Origin: Eledone cirrhosa | Taxonomy: Eukaryota | Reading direction: 5' to 3' | Assembly: GCA_964016885.1 (NCBI GenBank) | Contig: OZ024741.1 | Location: 300,080,001 to 300,144,000, forward strand | DNA length: 64,000 bases | Made by a program: the position numbers and the translations under genes | Shown here: positions 30,297-43,103 of the stretch, in pieces | Numbering within the stretch: the stretch's first letter is position 1 | Layout of the letters: each line of letters begins with the position of its first letter | The notes under the pieces: model-generated | Told to the model about the DNA's origin: nothing | The model's input: only the letters and a program-made list of their open reading frames with translations | Databases searched by the model: none

Positions 30297-31877
30297 ATAT
30301 TTATTGATAAACATTTATATATATTTAATGTGTATTGATTAAACCTAAATCACACATTCTATAACCTCTTCAGTGCCTATATTTGGTACTTGTTTACTCT
30401 ACTTTGTTCTGGGTTATGCCATCTTAGCTTTGTGAGCTGTGAACCTAGACTGCAATGGCGTAACATCCTGGCGTTATTTTTCTACCCTTTCCTTTTTCTA
30501 CTGGTCACTAGTTTTTTTCCTGATTCTTACATTCTATATGTTTGTATGTGTGTGTATGTGTGTTTATGTGTGTTTATGTGTGTGTATGTGTTTGCGTGTT
30601 TGTGTGTGTATCTACGTGTCCGATTATTTATCTTATTAGGTTTGTTGTGTCTTTAAATTTTCCTTAGTGATTATGTTGCGAGGTTTTTACTAACCCATAC
30701 ATGCTTTCTATGTTATTGTGGTCGAACTAAATTTATATTTTTTTCATCTATCTATATATAGCGTTATCCATTTGTATACCTATATAGTCATGTTCTCTAT
30801 CGAGTTGCCCCTTCCACACAGTCACAGGTATTTAGTTCAATCAATGACGCAAGCTACGAAACTACGTGATGCATACAGTGATCGATCATGTTCACCGCCC
30901 CATAATTTCTGCCTATACTACAGCTTCAGCACATAACTGCACAAATTCAACCACAGAATAGCGAAAGATCACGTAGTTTGTATTTCGAGTAATATATCTA
31001 TCTTCCATAACAAGCAAAATAAGGAAACTCTCATCTGAACAAATAACATTTATGCAAAATGAATGAAACTATACATCCTTTGGTCGGCTTTAGCTGACCT
31101 ACTAGAAATATGTTTTCTGGATGATAGTAACGTCCTCCCATTTCCTTAAAGTCCAAAAGACTAATTCAAAGCATCCAGTAAGCTCCTTAACGGGATCACA
31201 GTCCTAGTAATGTAATTGAACACGATTCTCGTGAGGCCGTTGTGCAAGGCTACTTTTGTCCATTTCCGTGTACCCCAAAGACTCTAAATTCCTCAAGGAG
31301 CAAAATGTACTGCAGTGATGAAAGAGTACACGAACAGAAAGTACATGTCATGAGAAAAGATAAAGATAGAGTTATGTATAAGCAACGAGACGACAGCACT
31401 GTTCCTCAAAAGGGGTCAACCTCAAAGACCGGCTTTTGTTTTAGTTGAACTCTGTAATAGTCTTAATTCGCGAGCAATATTAACTTATCTGCATTCGCAA
31501 TTCTTTTAATACAGTAAAACTTCAAAAAGAACATTCTTTTGAATGTAGTCTTTCTATAATTGTCATTATCAATCTATCTAGTTATGTTTCTTTATTCACA
31601 GAGATAGAAATGGAATCGATAATATTCTTATTATGAAATATACTGGATAATCATTTAACATTTTCAAGTGTTAAAAGTTATATTATATATATGTGTGTTT
31701 GTGCGCGCGCAAGCACATGTGTGTGTGTATGTATATATACCGTGCATATTTCCACATCCAATTTTACTAATTAGTATCCTAGACATACATACATAATACA
31801 CACACAGACACGGGGAGAGCGTGCGCGCACACACACACATACATTATATATATATGTGTATGTATATATATATATAT

Positions 31878-31954
<77 letters not shown>

Positions 31955-32644
31955 TACATATATATATATATACACACATATACATATATACACACATATA
32001 CATATATACACACATATACATATATACACACATATATATATATACTATGTATGTATGTTCTACCAATAGAGAGAAAGTCGGTTTTTAACACAGACACACG
32101 ACTCTCTCATTGGAATTTACACAACGTCAACTAGGTAGATATGTATGTATGCATGCATGTGTAGATATGGATGTTATTGTATGTGTGGATGTGGATGTGA
32201 ATGTTTTGAATTGTATGTGTGCATGTGTATATGCTTTGTATCTGTACATGTGTATATACAGTTATTAGATGCAACATTTTTGGAATGTTTTACATATTTT
32301 TACTGTCGCATTAATGGATTGTACTTGTAATTTCCTAACTAGTTGTGTTCTTTCTGTTCCTTTCCTGTGAAGCCTAGCTTCTCAAGATTTGTATTGAGGC
32401 AGTTACTAACATATTCCAGTCCCCAATAATCACAGGCATACATCTGAAGGTGTAATCAGGGTGGAGTATCTACAGATTTCTCAACAGTTTTGCATAAATA
32501 TTCTCCTTTTCACTTATCTTTGATATTATAATGGCATCTGCGGGGTGTATGTATGTATGTATGTTTTCTCTTTCTCTTAATTTCGAGTATATTTTTTTGA
32601 CCGGCCACCTTCCTGGTGGCAAGGTTGTAAAAGAAAAGAAATTG

Positions 32645-35041
32645 TCATCCCTTGAATCGCAAGAATGTTTTGCATATTTTGAAGGTGCCAGCTATCGCAG
32701 CCATTTGTAGACTATGAATTAGGGAGCTGCGCTTTTTGTCCGCAAATCCAAGTTCGGTCATACTTTGGTCCAAGCGGGTTGGTATATAACCCGTAGCACC
32801 AATAATGATGGGTATGAAGCTAAAGGTGTATCTTGGATACTGGATTTGTAAGCTCCTCATCAATGGTCCGTAGATGTCCTCCTTCTCCTGTATTTTTCTG
32901 ACAACGTTTACATCAAGTGGGCAGCTGATCTCCACAACAGAACACGTTTTCAATGTGTGGTCCCAAACTACAATATCAGGCCGGTTGTGCTTTAATTTGG
33001 TGGCAGTTTTTATTTTCAGGTTCCACCAGTATTCCTTAGTGCCATCTGTCTCAATATATTCTTCCTCATTTGTTGTTAATTTTGTTTTCCGAAGTGCGTT
33101 CCAGATAGTTCTAGCTATCCCATCGTGTCTCATGGGGAGGTAGTAGCGAGATGACATTCTTTCGCAGCTGGCAACAATGTGGCTTACATCCTCGATCTTT
33201 GTTTTACATAGCCTACATTTATTGTCAGCTGCTGGCCCTCCTCTTTTGTGCAGCAGATATTTGGTAGGGAGTTCTTGTTCCTGTATTGCATAGAGATATC
33301 CCTCAAGGTGTGATGTCATAAACTTGTCGGAACTCCATGCCAGGCTTTTTGAGTGGTTTATCCCCTCTATGGTCTGTGTTTTACGCCTCAAGTATCCATG
33401 CACAACTTTCTCTGTAAATTGGTCAATTTTTTTTTCTTGTTTGAACATTGAATAGGATCTTCCGATTTCTCTGGGTGAGAGATTTATATCAGGCTTTATT
33501 CCATATCTCTCCTCCAGATCAGTCGCTATTCTAATGATATTTCTTTTTTCATGCTCATAAACCTGAGCAAGATGGTCGCCAACCTTTTTCCTCTGTTGAA
33601 GGTGTTGCTTCAGTGTTACTATCCGGGTCTCATATGTTGTTAATATTGATTTTAGACCCCGGCCACCTTCCTTGCGTGAGAAGTATAGCCTATCCACATC
33701 ACCATTGATGTTAAAGTTCCCAGTAACACTGAGAAGTTTTCGAGTTCTAACATCCATCTCACTTAGTTCTTGCAATGACCAGTTCAGTAGGCCAAATGTT
33801 GGCATTAGAATTGGCACAGCATAGGTATTGTGGGCAATGTATTTGTTGTATGCTGACAGTTCTGATGACCATATTTTTTTTACTCTTCTGAGGTATTCAG
33901 TTCTGGTTCTCTCCTTATTTATGGGTCCATCATATCTGACATTCTCATCCTGTCCAAGATATCTGTAGTTGTCACCTGACTGCAGAGGTTGTATTGTCAG
34001 GCCGTTCATATCTAGATTTCTACAGGAGGGCACAGCTCTTCCACGTTTTACTTCCAAATATGCACACTTGGACTCACCAAATTTCATTTTGATGTCGGTT
34101 GAAAATTGTGTAATGAGGTCCAATTGTTTCTTGATGTCATTGATATTTGGCCCATACAACTTCAGGTCATCAACAAAGAAAAGATGGGAGATACTTCTGG
34201 GCCCACTTCTTTGTCCACCTTGTTTCCTGAGTAGGTAAGATAGTGGATTCAGTGAGAGAACGAAGAGTAGTACTGACAAGCTATCACCCTGAAAGATGCC
34301 CTTCTGGTAATGTATCCTATCAGTCTTAACCTGCTCCTTCTCACCTCTAAGGATCAAATTGGTGTACCAGTTCTTGGTCAGGCGTTCAACAGCAGCTACT
34401 AATGGTTGTGGGACTTTAGCTAACTGTAAAGCCTTAATAATCCACCCATGAGGTACACTATCAAATGCTTTTTGATAGTCCAGCCACACGACAGTCATGT
34501 TTCTGCGATTCTTTGTTGTTTTTTCCTGAATCATTTTGTTAGTTAGTAGGTGATCTATGCAACCCCACACCTCCCTCTTTCCACCAGCTTGCTCAGGTGT
34601 TATGATGTTGTTGGTAGCACAGTGATCCTGTAAGAACAGGTTAAGGCACCCAGTATATAATTTATACATGATGTTTTGGCAGGCAATTGGGCGGTAATTT
34701 TTAGCAAGGGTGGTTTGGCTATTTTGGGGAATGAGGAGAGTAGTGGCAGTTGATAACCATCTGGGCAGTTCTTGTGTGCCCTTAATGGTTTCTGTAAACA
34801 GCCGTATGAGATCTTGCCGATAGAAAGTGAAATTCTTCAACCAGTATCCTGTAATGAGGTCTGGGCCTGGCGATTTCCTATTCGACATTTTCTGTAGAGC
34901 TGTTTCCAGTATTGACCCATCTATGTCATATTGTTTTGTCTGGACATGTTGGCAGTAGTCCTGTTCCAGTTGTCTTAGTTCAATTAGCTTGTCTGTTGAA
35001 TCCGTCATCCGTTTCCCATACAGATCTCCAGTAGTTCTCAA
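32645..35041 (-). CDS. R4/Dong ORF C-terminal part: RT, zinc knuckle, restriction-like endonuclease
   Basis: KSPGPD, NYRPIAC, DYQKAFDSVPH, GIFQGDSLS, FVDD, YRYLG, CRLC..H..C, RHD, RPDIVVWD..VEISCP..EK. Confidence 0.92.
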   Translation of the reverse strand: MRTTGDLYGKRMTDSTDKLIELRQLEQDYCQHVQTKQYDIDGSILETALQKMSNRKSPGPDLITGYWLKNFTFYRQDLIRLFTETIKGTQELPRWLSTATTLLIPQNSQTTLAKNYRPIACQNIMYKLYTGCLNLFLQDHCATNNIITPEQAGGKREVWGCIDHLLTNKMIQEKTTKNRRNMTVVWLDYQKAFDSVPHGWIIKALQLAKVPQPLVAAVERLTKNWYTNLILRGEKEQVKTDRIHYQKGIFQGDSLSVLLFVLSLNPLSYLLRKQGGQRSGPRSISHLFFVDDLKLYGPNINDIKKQLDLITQFSTDIKMKFGESKCAYLEVKRGRAVPSCRNLDMNGLTIQPLQSGDNYRYLGQDENVRYDGPINKERTRTEYLRRVKKIWSSELSAYNKYIAHNTYAVPILMPTFGLLNWSLQELSEMDVRTRKLLSVTGNFNINGDVDRLYFSRKEGGRGLKSILTTYETRIVTLKQHLQQRKKVGDHLAQVYEHEKRNIIRIATDLEERYGIKPDINLSPREIGRSYSMFKQEKKIDQFTEKVVHGYLRRKTQTIEGINHSKSLAWSSDKFMTSHLEGYLYAIQEQELPTKYLLHKRGGPAADNKCRLCKTKIEDVSHIVASCERMSSRYYLPMRHDGIARTIWNALRKTKLTTNEEEYIETDGTKEYWWNLKIKTATKLKHNRPDIVVWDHTLKTCSVVEISCPLDVNVVRKIQEKEDIYGPLMRSLQIQYPRYTFSFIPIIIGATGYIPTRLDQSMTELGFADKKRSSLIHSLQMAAIAGTFKICKTFLRFKG

Positions 35042-36155
35042 CCTGTTCTTTTGAAGGGGTGTCGTTTACAGGGATTGAGCTTTTGCCACCGAAGCTGCGA
35101 TAAACTGATTTAGGATCTCTGGCAAACAATCTATTTAGCACTTGTCGTTTATGGGCTGTTGACTTATATTTTAGTCTTTCTGTTGTAGCTGTGAGTTGTT
35201 GTTTCAACTGGTGTAATTTGGAGTTCAAAGTTTTTAATTTGGTATCTCCAAATCGTCTCTCTAACTTTTTCTTTAGGTCTTCCTGGTGTCGTGTGAAGTT
35301 TCTCTCTATGTTGCATTTCATAACGACTGCGATGTGTGAGATACTTCGTCTCAGGGACAAAATTTTGGTTTTTAAATTTCGCATCCACGCTGGTTCAGGC
35401 TTTCTGTTTGTATCTTGATTGCATGGTTTTAGATGTGTGTTATATGATAGCAATGTGACAGCTGAAACATATAACAAAACATTGAGCGTTTCAAATGTCG
35501 TTTCTACACCTTTAGATCGTATAGCCTTCAGATAATTGCCAGCTATTTCGTTCACCGCTTCCAATTCCAATTTAGTGGGTTCTTTACTGACTCTAGTGTT
35601 GTATGGTCTGTCACTCACATTAAGGCTGTGTATCTCTTGAAACATATCGTTCCATATCACTTGTAGGGTGCCCACAAGTTTTTGGTGCTCTGTTTGTTCA
35701 GTAGAGTCATGAATTGCAGCCTCGTTGTTGATGTGGTGACAATTACTACTAGAGTCAGCTGACCTTTCTCGCTGTTCTTCAGTGGAAGTGGGATGGATTT
35801 CAGCAAAATTGTTGGTGAGCTGTTCACTGTTAGATTTAGCTGGCCATTCTCTTTGTCTGTCAGTGGAGGTGGGGTGGTTGTCTACAAGGGCTGTATTTGT
35901 AGTATCACTCGATTCCGTTAGATGTATCAATTTACATCTAATGATACGTTTTGCCTGTTCATTTAGATGCTTTGGAGAAAAGTCTAATTCTGGGTGTTTG
36001 GAGTTCCATAAAGTTTTTAGCCTTTGCATAAAACCGAACTTTTGGGGTTCAGATTGTTTGTATGCTTCATATAATTCTTTGTTAAGCTCGTAGCTCCACT
36101 GTATACAACGGTTGTAATTGCGATTTGGTCGAAGGAGACTTGTACTTTTTGCCAT
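34980..36155 (-). CDS. R4/Dong ORF N-terminal part (joined to RT by one frameshift at ~34980)
   Basis: W..ELN..Y..S.P...G...RL...W N-terminus, P.W..NL, N.LF..DP..VY, P....V..YW..VW motifs upstream of the RT. Confidence 0.8.
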   Translation of the reverse strand: MAKSTSLLRPNRNYNRCIQWSYELNKELYEAYKQSEPQKFGFMQRLKTLWNSKHPELDFSPKHLNEQAKRIIRCKLIHLTESSDTTNTALVDNHPTSTDRQREWPAKSNSEQLTNNFAEIHPTSTEEQRERSADSSSNCHHINNEAAIHDSTEQTEHQKLVGTLQVIWNDMFQEIHSLNVSDRPYNTRVSKEPTKLELEAVNEIAGNYLKAIRSKGVETTFETLNVLLYVSAVTLLSYNTHLKPCNQDTNRKPEPAWMRNLKTKILSLRRSISHIAVVMKCNIERNFTRHQEDLKKKLERRFGDTKLKTLNSKLHQLKQQLTATTERLKYKSTAHKRQVLNRLFARDPKSVYRSFGGKSSIPVNDTPSKEQVENYWRSVWETDDGFNRQAN

Positions 36156-37539
36156 GATGAGTTCGTCTATTCACTAATATTTTGTATTTATTTTTTTTAA
36201 ATAGTCGATGATCTTCTTTAAAAGTTACGACAAAGTTCTGTCAGAATCAAATTTAAAGTTATTCACAGCTTGGGTAATATTTCTTTTCAGTTAGTTTTTA
36301 ATTCTACAACTGTGTTTTAAACGTTGTTCTTGAATCGTTTGAATCGAGAACAAAAAGAACCGATACTTAGTATATTCCTTTACGAATGTAATATAATATA
36401 ACAACGCTGTATTTATATGTTAAAGTTTATGTATCATTCATATAAATAGGTGTTCTACAACATATTCACAACATTCACAGTTCAAACACTTATATTTTTG
36501 CTTCTGAATCGAAAACGTTACTTTTATATTTCTTTATAAATGTAATATAACAACGTTGCATTTATATGTTAAAGTATATGTATCGAGTTGGTTACTTATG
36601 TTTGACGTGTAGCAGGCGGATTCTGTTTTGTGTGTGTGTATGTATGTATGTATGTATGTATGTATGTATTTTGTGTGTATGTATGTATGTATGTATGTAT
36701 GTATGTATGTATGTATGTATGTATTTTGTGTGTATGTATGTATGTATGTATGTATGTATGTATGTATGTATGTATGTATGTATGTATGTATGTATGTATG
36801 CCTAGGATGCTAATTAGTGAAATTGAATGTGAAAAGATGTAAGTTGAAAGTAATTAAAATGAATTCTAACAGATAGACATAAGAAATGTTTAAATTCTTG
36901 GCGTTATGAAATTTCTTCATATCAATATAATTTTCCGTTTCATTTAAACCCTGATAGATATAGTCGAGGACAATTAGACGTATTTGCAATTCAATAGTGA
37001 TATGTTATATGAGCTTCAAGAATTTGCAAGGAATCTTATTGAATACATTTTCTCAATATATATATATAAACTAATACATAAGCAGTACGCTGATTTAGTG
37101 AAATGGATGAATTGTTTAGCATTTAATTATTAGAGCAACCCCCACCAACTTTATTCTCCATGTTTTATTTCCTTATAGACGTAAGCAGTAAATGCCGTCT
37201 AATTTCATAAAACAAAGTCAGATTTTGTATTATCACTGATTATTTGGGTGATAGCAAAATGAAAGGAAAAATAGATAACAATAATCGTATTACCCTGTCT
37301 AGGAACAGTACTTAAAATATAAGAATACAAAGAATCATTTATTTTATAGGACAAATTAAATGTATGCATAGTTTCGTTCTATTTGAGAATATCTATTATT
37401 TTGTTTGATATTATTGTATACACACTTGTCTCTCATTGTCAGACAATATTTCACTGCAATTAACCTCACCATCTTGCAGGACTGTTTCGTAATTAATTAA
37501 GTGATGGAGATTATTTAGCTTCTAGACATATCTCATGAA

Positions 37540-37810
37540 ATAATTGTTTCTACTTTAGGCACAAGGCCAGAAATTACCCAGTGCATTACATGAAATGATG
37601 ATATCACATTTTGGAAGAAACCCAGTAACACAGGGAAAAGAGGAAATCGATTGGATGGACCTGAATGTAGTATTGGTAGATTATGTTGTTGCTTCGAGAA
37701 GGATGGAAGGCATAGTTAACCTTGGGTGATGTTAACTGTACGTAAGGATCAGAAGTTAATACTGCTAGGTATTTTCCGACCCTCTAATTTCTCAGTCAAT
37801 CCACCGCCTT
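37540..37810 (-). mobile_element. Decayed tRNA-derived SINE
   Basis: aattgtttctactttaggcacaaggccag is the reverse complement of the SINE tail; ccgaccctcta..caatccaccgcc is the reverse complement of the head. Confidence 0.6.
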
Positions 37811-38480
37811 ATCTTATGTATAATAATGGTTATCTTTCTTGTGTGACATCTTGTGAGAGTCAAATGTTCTTTTCATAACCTACTCTACATAATGATATTT
37901 GACAGATATATTTCAGATAAAGATAACTTTCAACTTACCGTTTTAAAAAATGATCTAACATACTAAGCGTTTCAATTTGTTTAAGGAAATACTTCATAAA
38001 ACACCTTACATGCACTCATTCGGGTTATTTCATAAACATTCATAAACACAATGCTCAAACAATTTCGTAATAAAAATGAAAGGACGGAATGGACATCAGT
38101 CAGACTTAACAATGTGTTCCATTTCCTATCTCGATGAAACGGCTTACTCATAAATTTAACAAGATCACATGTAGTCAGATCGAAGTCTAATGATTGAAAA
38201 GCAAACTTCTTAACCATTCGGTAGTGCTGCATCAACACTTGAAGAAGTATTTAAATATTGAATATATTTCAAAATGTTCAAATTTACATGCTGTGAATTA
38301 TTAATCTGCTAGTAAAATGATTAATTCAAATATAAATAACTTTACATAACAATAACTTAGTGCCATCGTACGTAAGTGAAGCCTTGTTATATCTGTGTGA
38401 ACATCTCAAATATCATATATATAAATACATACAAGACTATACTTACACTTATGCACTGACATAGAGGTATAAGCACACAT

Positions 38481-38623
<143 letters not shown>

Positions 38624-38706
38624 GGAGGTGAGTTTTATTGTAGTACAATAAAGCAATGCAGATATCGGATAAGAAGCACTCTACAGTTTGTGGGACTGGA
38701 TTATGC

Positions 38707-41700
38707 ATAATATAAGATCAAAAGATGGTTAAAGGAGTTCCATATATTTTATTATGCGCATTTCAAAAACAAACATCATCAAGCAATAATATTTGTGTTT
38801 TCATCAGATAAAACAGGAGAACATGATATGAAGGCTAAAAAAAACTTGTGGATAGTGCAGTTTTAAATCAACATATGAAAAATGGTTTTAGATTGATGTG
38901 TGATATTGGGAAAAATATTTTATTTAGAGAGGGGGGGGAGGATGAAAGGGGAGGAGATGAGAGGGAGAGATGGGTGATAGAGAGAAAGAGATAGTTTTTA
39001 TAACTGAGAGGAGATATATTTTTTACATAGAGAGGTTGAAAACCGTTGGAAGATACTGTATAAATTAAAAATTTTGAAAATTAACGAAGGGAGGATATGT
39101 GCGAGGAAAAATATTTTATTTAGGGAGGGGTGGGAGGATGAAAAAAAGGGGGGAGGAGATGAGAGTGAAGGTGGAGAGGGAGAGATGGGTGATAGAGAGA
39201 AAGAGATAGTTTTTATAACTGAGAAAAAGATATATTGTTTTAATATAGAGAGGTTGGGAACCGTTGGAAGATAATGTATAAATTAAAGGAATTTGAAAAT
39301 TAACGAAGGGAAATTATGTATGAAGATAGAGAGAAAAAAATAATAATTGTGGGTGAATATTCTAACGTCAAAAGAAGAAATGTATGTATTGTGGCAATTT
39401 CAAAATTAGCGAAGAGAAAAATTGTTAAGGTTTGTGTGTAGAAGGATTTGAGAAAAATAATGTGAAGTTAAAGTGTGTATATGATATGTGCGAATAAAGA
39501 GTTAATATGTATTAATAATGAGTTCGTTGATGGGGAGAAAAAAATAATAATAAATTAAGGATGAAATTGAGATTAAAAAGATTTATGATAGAGAGAAAAA
39601 ATAATAATGATTGCGGATGAATATTCAAATGACAAAAACAAATGCTATGATTTTACGAGAAGATAGAATGAGGGTAATGAGTAAACGAGTATTATAGAGT
39701 GTATAATGCCCTTTAAAGTAAGGTAGATGGGTATATTTTAAAGAGGTGTATGTATATGTGCCTTTGAGAAAAGATTCTAAATTGATAAAGAATTGAACAT
39801 TAACTGTATACTTTATGAAAAGTTCTATGGAATGTATGCAGGCAGATAGAAAACAAATCTGAGCGTCTATTTATTATAGAATCTAGGTTAGAGATAATGG
39901 TAAATTTTTCATTTAGGCAGAGATTACAGATTTTAGATAGAGAGCTGTTCAAGTATGAGGATGCAGAAGAAATCTTCTTCCAAAAGATGGTATATTTAAT
40001 GTTTTTGTCTTTTAAGGACCATATGAGTTGTGAGAGAGCAGTGTTAGTTCTTTTAAGTTTGTATTTGAAAGATGAATGATGATTATAGAGACAAGCTTTA
40101 AAAGAGGTGGAAGTGGAGCCAAAATAGGTGAAGGAATTGGTGCTAGTTATAATTTTACATTCATAAATTAAGTTTTTATCGAGGCAATGGTTGTTGAGAG
40201 GACATTTATTTTTAATGCGGCAGTTGCAATTAGAGAGATTATTAATGAGTGATCTAGTGTTATCTATAGAAGGAATTGGATTGGAGAAGTTGTTTGCGAT
40301 AGGAATAATAGGAATAATAGTTTCTTGATTTAGAGTTGCATTATGAACATTTAGCGAAGTTGTGTTTGACGTTGTATTTGGGTTTACAGAAGTTAGCCTA
40401 GGGTTTACAATGACGTCGTAAAAGAACTAACACTGCTCTCTCAGAACTCATATGGTCCTTAAAAGACAAAAACATTAAATATACCATCTTTTGGAAGAAG
40501 ATATCTTCTGCATCCTCATACTTGAACAGCTCTCTATCTAAAATCTGTAATCTCTGCCTAAATGAAAAATTTACCATTATCTCTAACCTAGATTCTATAA
40601 TAAATAGACGCTCAGATTTGTTTTCTATCTGCCTGCATAAATTCCATAGAACTTTTCACAAAGTATACAGTTAATATTCAATTCTTTATCAATTTAGAAT
40701 CTTTTCTCAAAGGCACATATACATACACCTCTTTAAAATATACCCATCTACCTTACTTTAAAGGGCATTATACACTCTATAATACTCGTTTACTCATTAC
40801 CCTCATTCTATCTTCTCGTAAAATCATAGCATTTGTTTTTGTCATTTGAATATTCATCCGCAATCATTATTATTTTTTCTCTCTATCATAAATCTTTTTA
40901 ATCTCAATTTCATCCTTAATTTATTATTATTTTTTTCTCCCCATCAACGAACTCATTATTAATACATATTAACTCTTTATTCGCACATATCATATACAAA
41001 CTTTAACTTCACATTATTTTTCTCAAATCCTTCTACACACAAACCTTAACAATTTTTCTCTTCGCTAATTTTGAAATTGCCACAATACATACATTTCTTC
41101 TTTTGACGTTAGAATATTCACCCACAATTATTATTTTTTTCTCTCTATCTTCATACATAATTTCCCTTCGTTAATTTTCAAATTCCTTTAATTTATACAT
41201 TATCTTCCAACGGTTCCCAACCTCTCTATATTAAAACAATATATCTTTTTCTCAGTTATAAAAACTATCTCTTTCTCTCTATCACCCATCTCTCCCTCTC
41301 CACCTTCACTCTCATCTCCTCCCCCCTTTTTTTCATCCTTTCCACACCCCTCCCTAAATAAAATATTTTTCCTCGCACATATATCCTCCCTTCGTTAATT
41401 TTCAAAATTTTTAATTTATACAGTATCTTCCAACGGTTTTCAACCTCTCTATGTAAAAAATATATCTCCTCTCAGTTATAAAAACTATCTCTTTCTCTCT
41501 ATCACCCATCTCTCCCTCTCATCTCCTCCCCTTTCATCCCCCCCCCTCTCTAAATAAAATATTTTTCCCAATATCACACATCAATCTAAAACCATTTTTC
41601 ATATGTTGATTTAAAACTGCACTATCCACAAGTGTTTTTTAGCCTTCATATCATGTTCTCCTGTTTTATCTGATGAAAACACAAATATTATTGCTTGATG

Positions 41701-41770
41701 ATGTTTGTTTTTGAAATGCGCATAATAAAATATATGGAACTCCTTTAACCATCTTTTGATCTTATATTAT
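38707..41770. mobile_element. Neptune-type PLE 3' end with ~1.35-kb near-perfect inverted duplication
   Basis: 38707-40055 is the reverse complement of 40419-41770; minus strand ~39800-40235 encodes CNCRIKNKCPLNNHCLDKNLIYEC..YFGST..CNLCLNEK..INRRSDL..CLH. Confidence 0.9.
41662..41732 (+). ncRNA. Type I hammerhead motif (mirror copy 38745-38815, minus)
   Basis: tgttttat-CTGATGA-aaacacaaatattatt/gatgatgtttgttttt-GAAA-tgcgca-TA-ataaaata; palindromic stem III. Confidence 0.75.
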
Positions 41771-41820
41771 ATATATGTATATATATATATATAGGTTTAC
41801 ATATACATAAATTAGACAGA

Positions 41821-41895
<75 letters not shown>

Positions 41896-42079
41896 TTTTG
41901 GCAACCATTCACAGTGTGGCTCAGTGACGAATTAATTAATTAAATAATCAACAATCAGAACAATATATAAGACAGTAAATCCATAGAATCATTTGATAAA
42001 ATATATACACTATTTCTCCTCCCAATCAGCATAATTAACCACACAAAAAAATGATTCTATGCACTTACTCTCTTACTCT

Positions 42080-42134
<55 letters not shown>

Positions 42135-42966
42135 ATATGAAGGCGTATATGAAGATGTATAGCTGTAAACACAGTCGATTACTATAAATAATACCTAAGG
42201 ATATAGGTTCCAAGCCACCAGAAAGTGGCCTGTGGTCGCTACGAAGGATTTACCTTCGTACCTCTGAAATCCCGGCTGAGCGCTATTTATTTTTGAGTAA
42301 AAAGAGCCCTAAACATCATCACGAATAAAAATATGAATGAAGATGCCCCATAGAATTCAGAATAATAGAGTATTTGATTAATTCTCCAGTTATTTTATCC
42401 TAACAATAGAGAAATAACCTTAAAACGTGCGCCACTATAGACTTTTTCCTTTTCATGTTTCCCGTGAGTTGGAAGGTCAGATGAAGCTGTATTATTCGCT
42501 GTTGACCGCCACAACGCTTTCGTTATCAAGTTCTGAGTTACGCAGTTGAAATATAACGCGTTGAATCTGCCTCTTCATTCTCCATCCATTTGTTTCTAGT
42601 ATTCTTTTCTATCTTCCTGTTTCTTAATTTAAACATTATAATAATTACTCTGCATTTAAGACTACATAGTTAAAACATTAGACCACATAGTTGAAAACAA
42701 ATATCTACCACAGGGCTAACTTGTTTACAATGCATGTAGATAGTAGATTAAATTTATCAAATTTGTTTAGTGCTTATTCATGAGTTGAATACGTTTTCAT
42801 TTTAACAAAAGCCTTTGGTCTACAATATGTGAATAGGGCTTCCAATTTACTACCATTTGAAATTACAGTTTGTTTATAACAGATGTATAAATGTATATAT
42901 ATATGTCCCAAGGCTCTGATACCATCAACACTATAAACAGAGAGCTGTCATATCTAAGAACTACTA

Positions 42967-43022
42967 ACTGCCTGATGAGGTCATAGCCATTCAATGGCTA
43001 TCATCGAAATATATATAGCAGT
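42967..43022 (+). ncRNA. Type I hammerhead motif in a ~165-bp insert between (TA)n tracts
   Basis: actgc-CTGATGA-ggtcatagccat-tca-atggctatcatc-GAAA-tatata-TA-gcagt. Confidence 0.8.
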
Positions 43023-43065
43023 AAATAAAGGATTATGAGTTCATGCAATATTGACTTATGTTTCG

Positions 43066-43094
<29 letters not shown>

Positions 43095-43103
<9 letters not shown>

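Larger units (their letters stand above)
32564..36630 (-). mobile_element. Near full-length R4/Dong-clade (RLE) non-LTR retrotransposon in (TATG)n
   Basis: Single long ORF split once; RT plus CCHC plus PD-(D/E)xK nuclease; (tatg)n at both ends. Confidence 0.88.

Noticed and set aside
31100-31450. Possible exon
   Set aside because: Acceptor-like signal but only short open frames with no recognisable product.
34975-34990. Programmed frameshift or two-ORF organisation in the R4/Dong element
   Set aside because: The clade is single-ORF and there is no slippery site; a mutation or sequencing error is simpler.
36156-36630. HDV-like ribozyme in the R4/Dong 5' UTR
   Set aside because: AT-rich with only an internal ~150-bp-period duplication; no nested pseudoknot seen.
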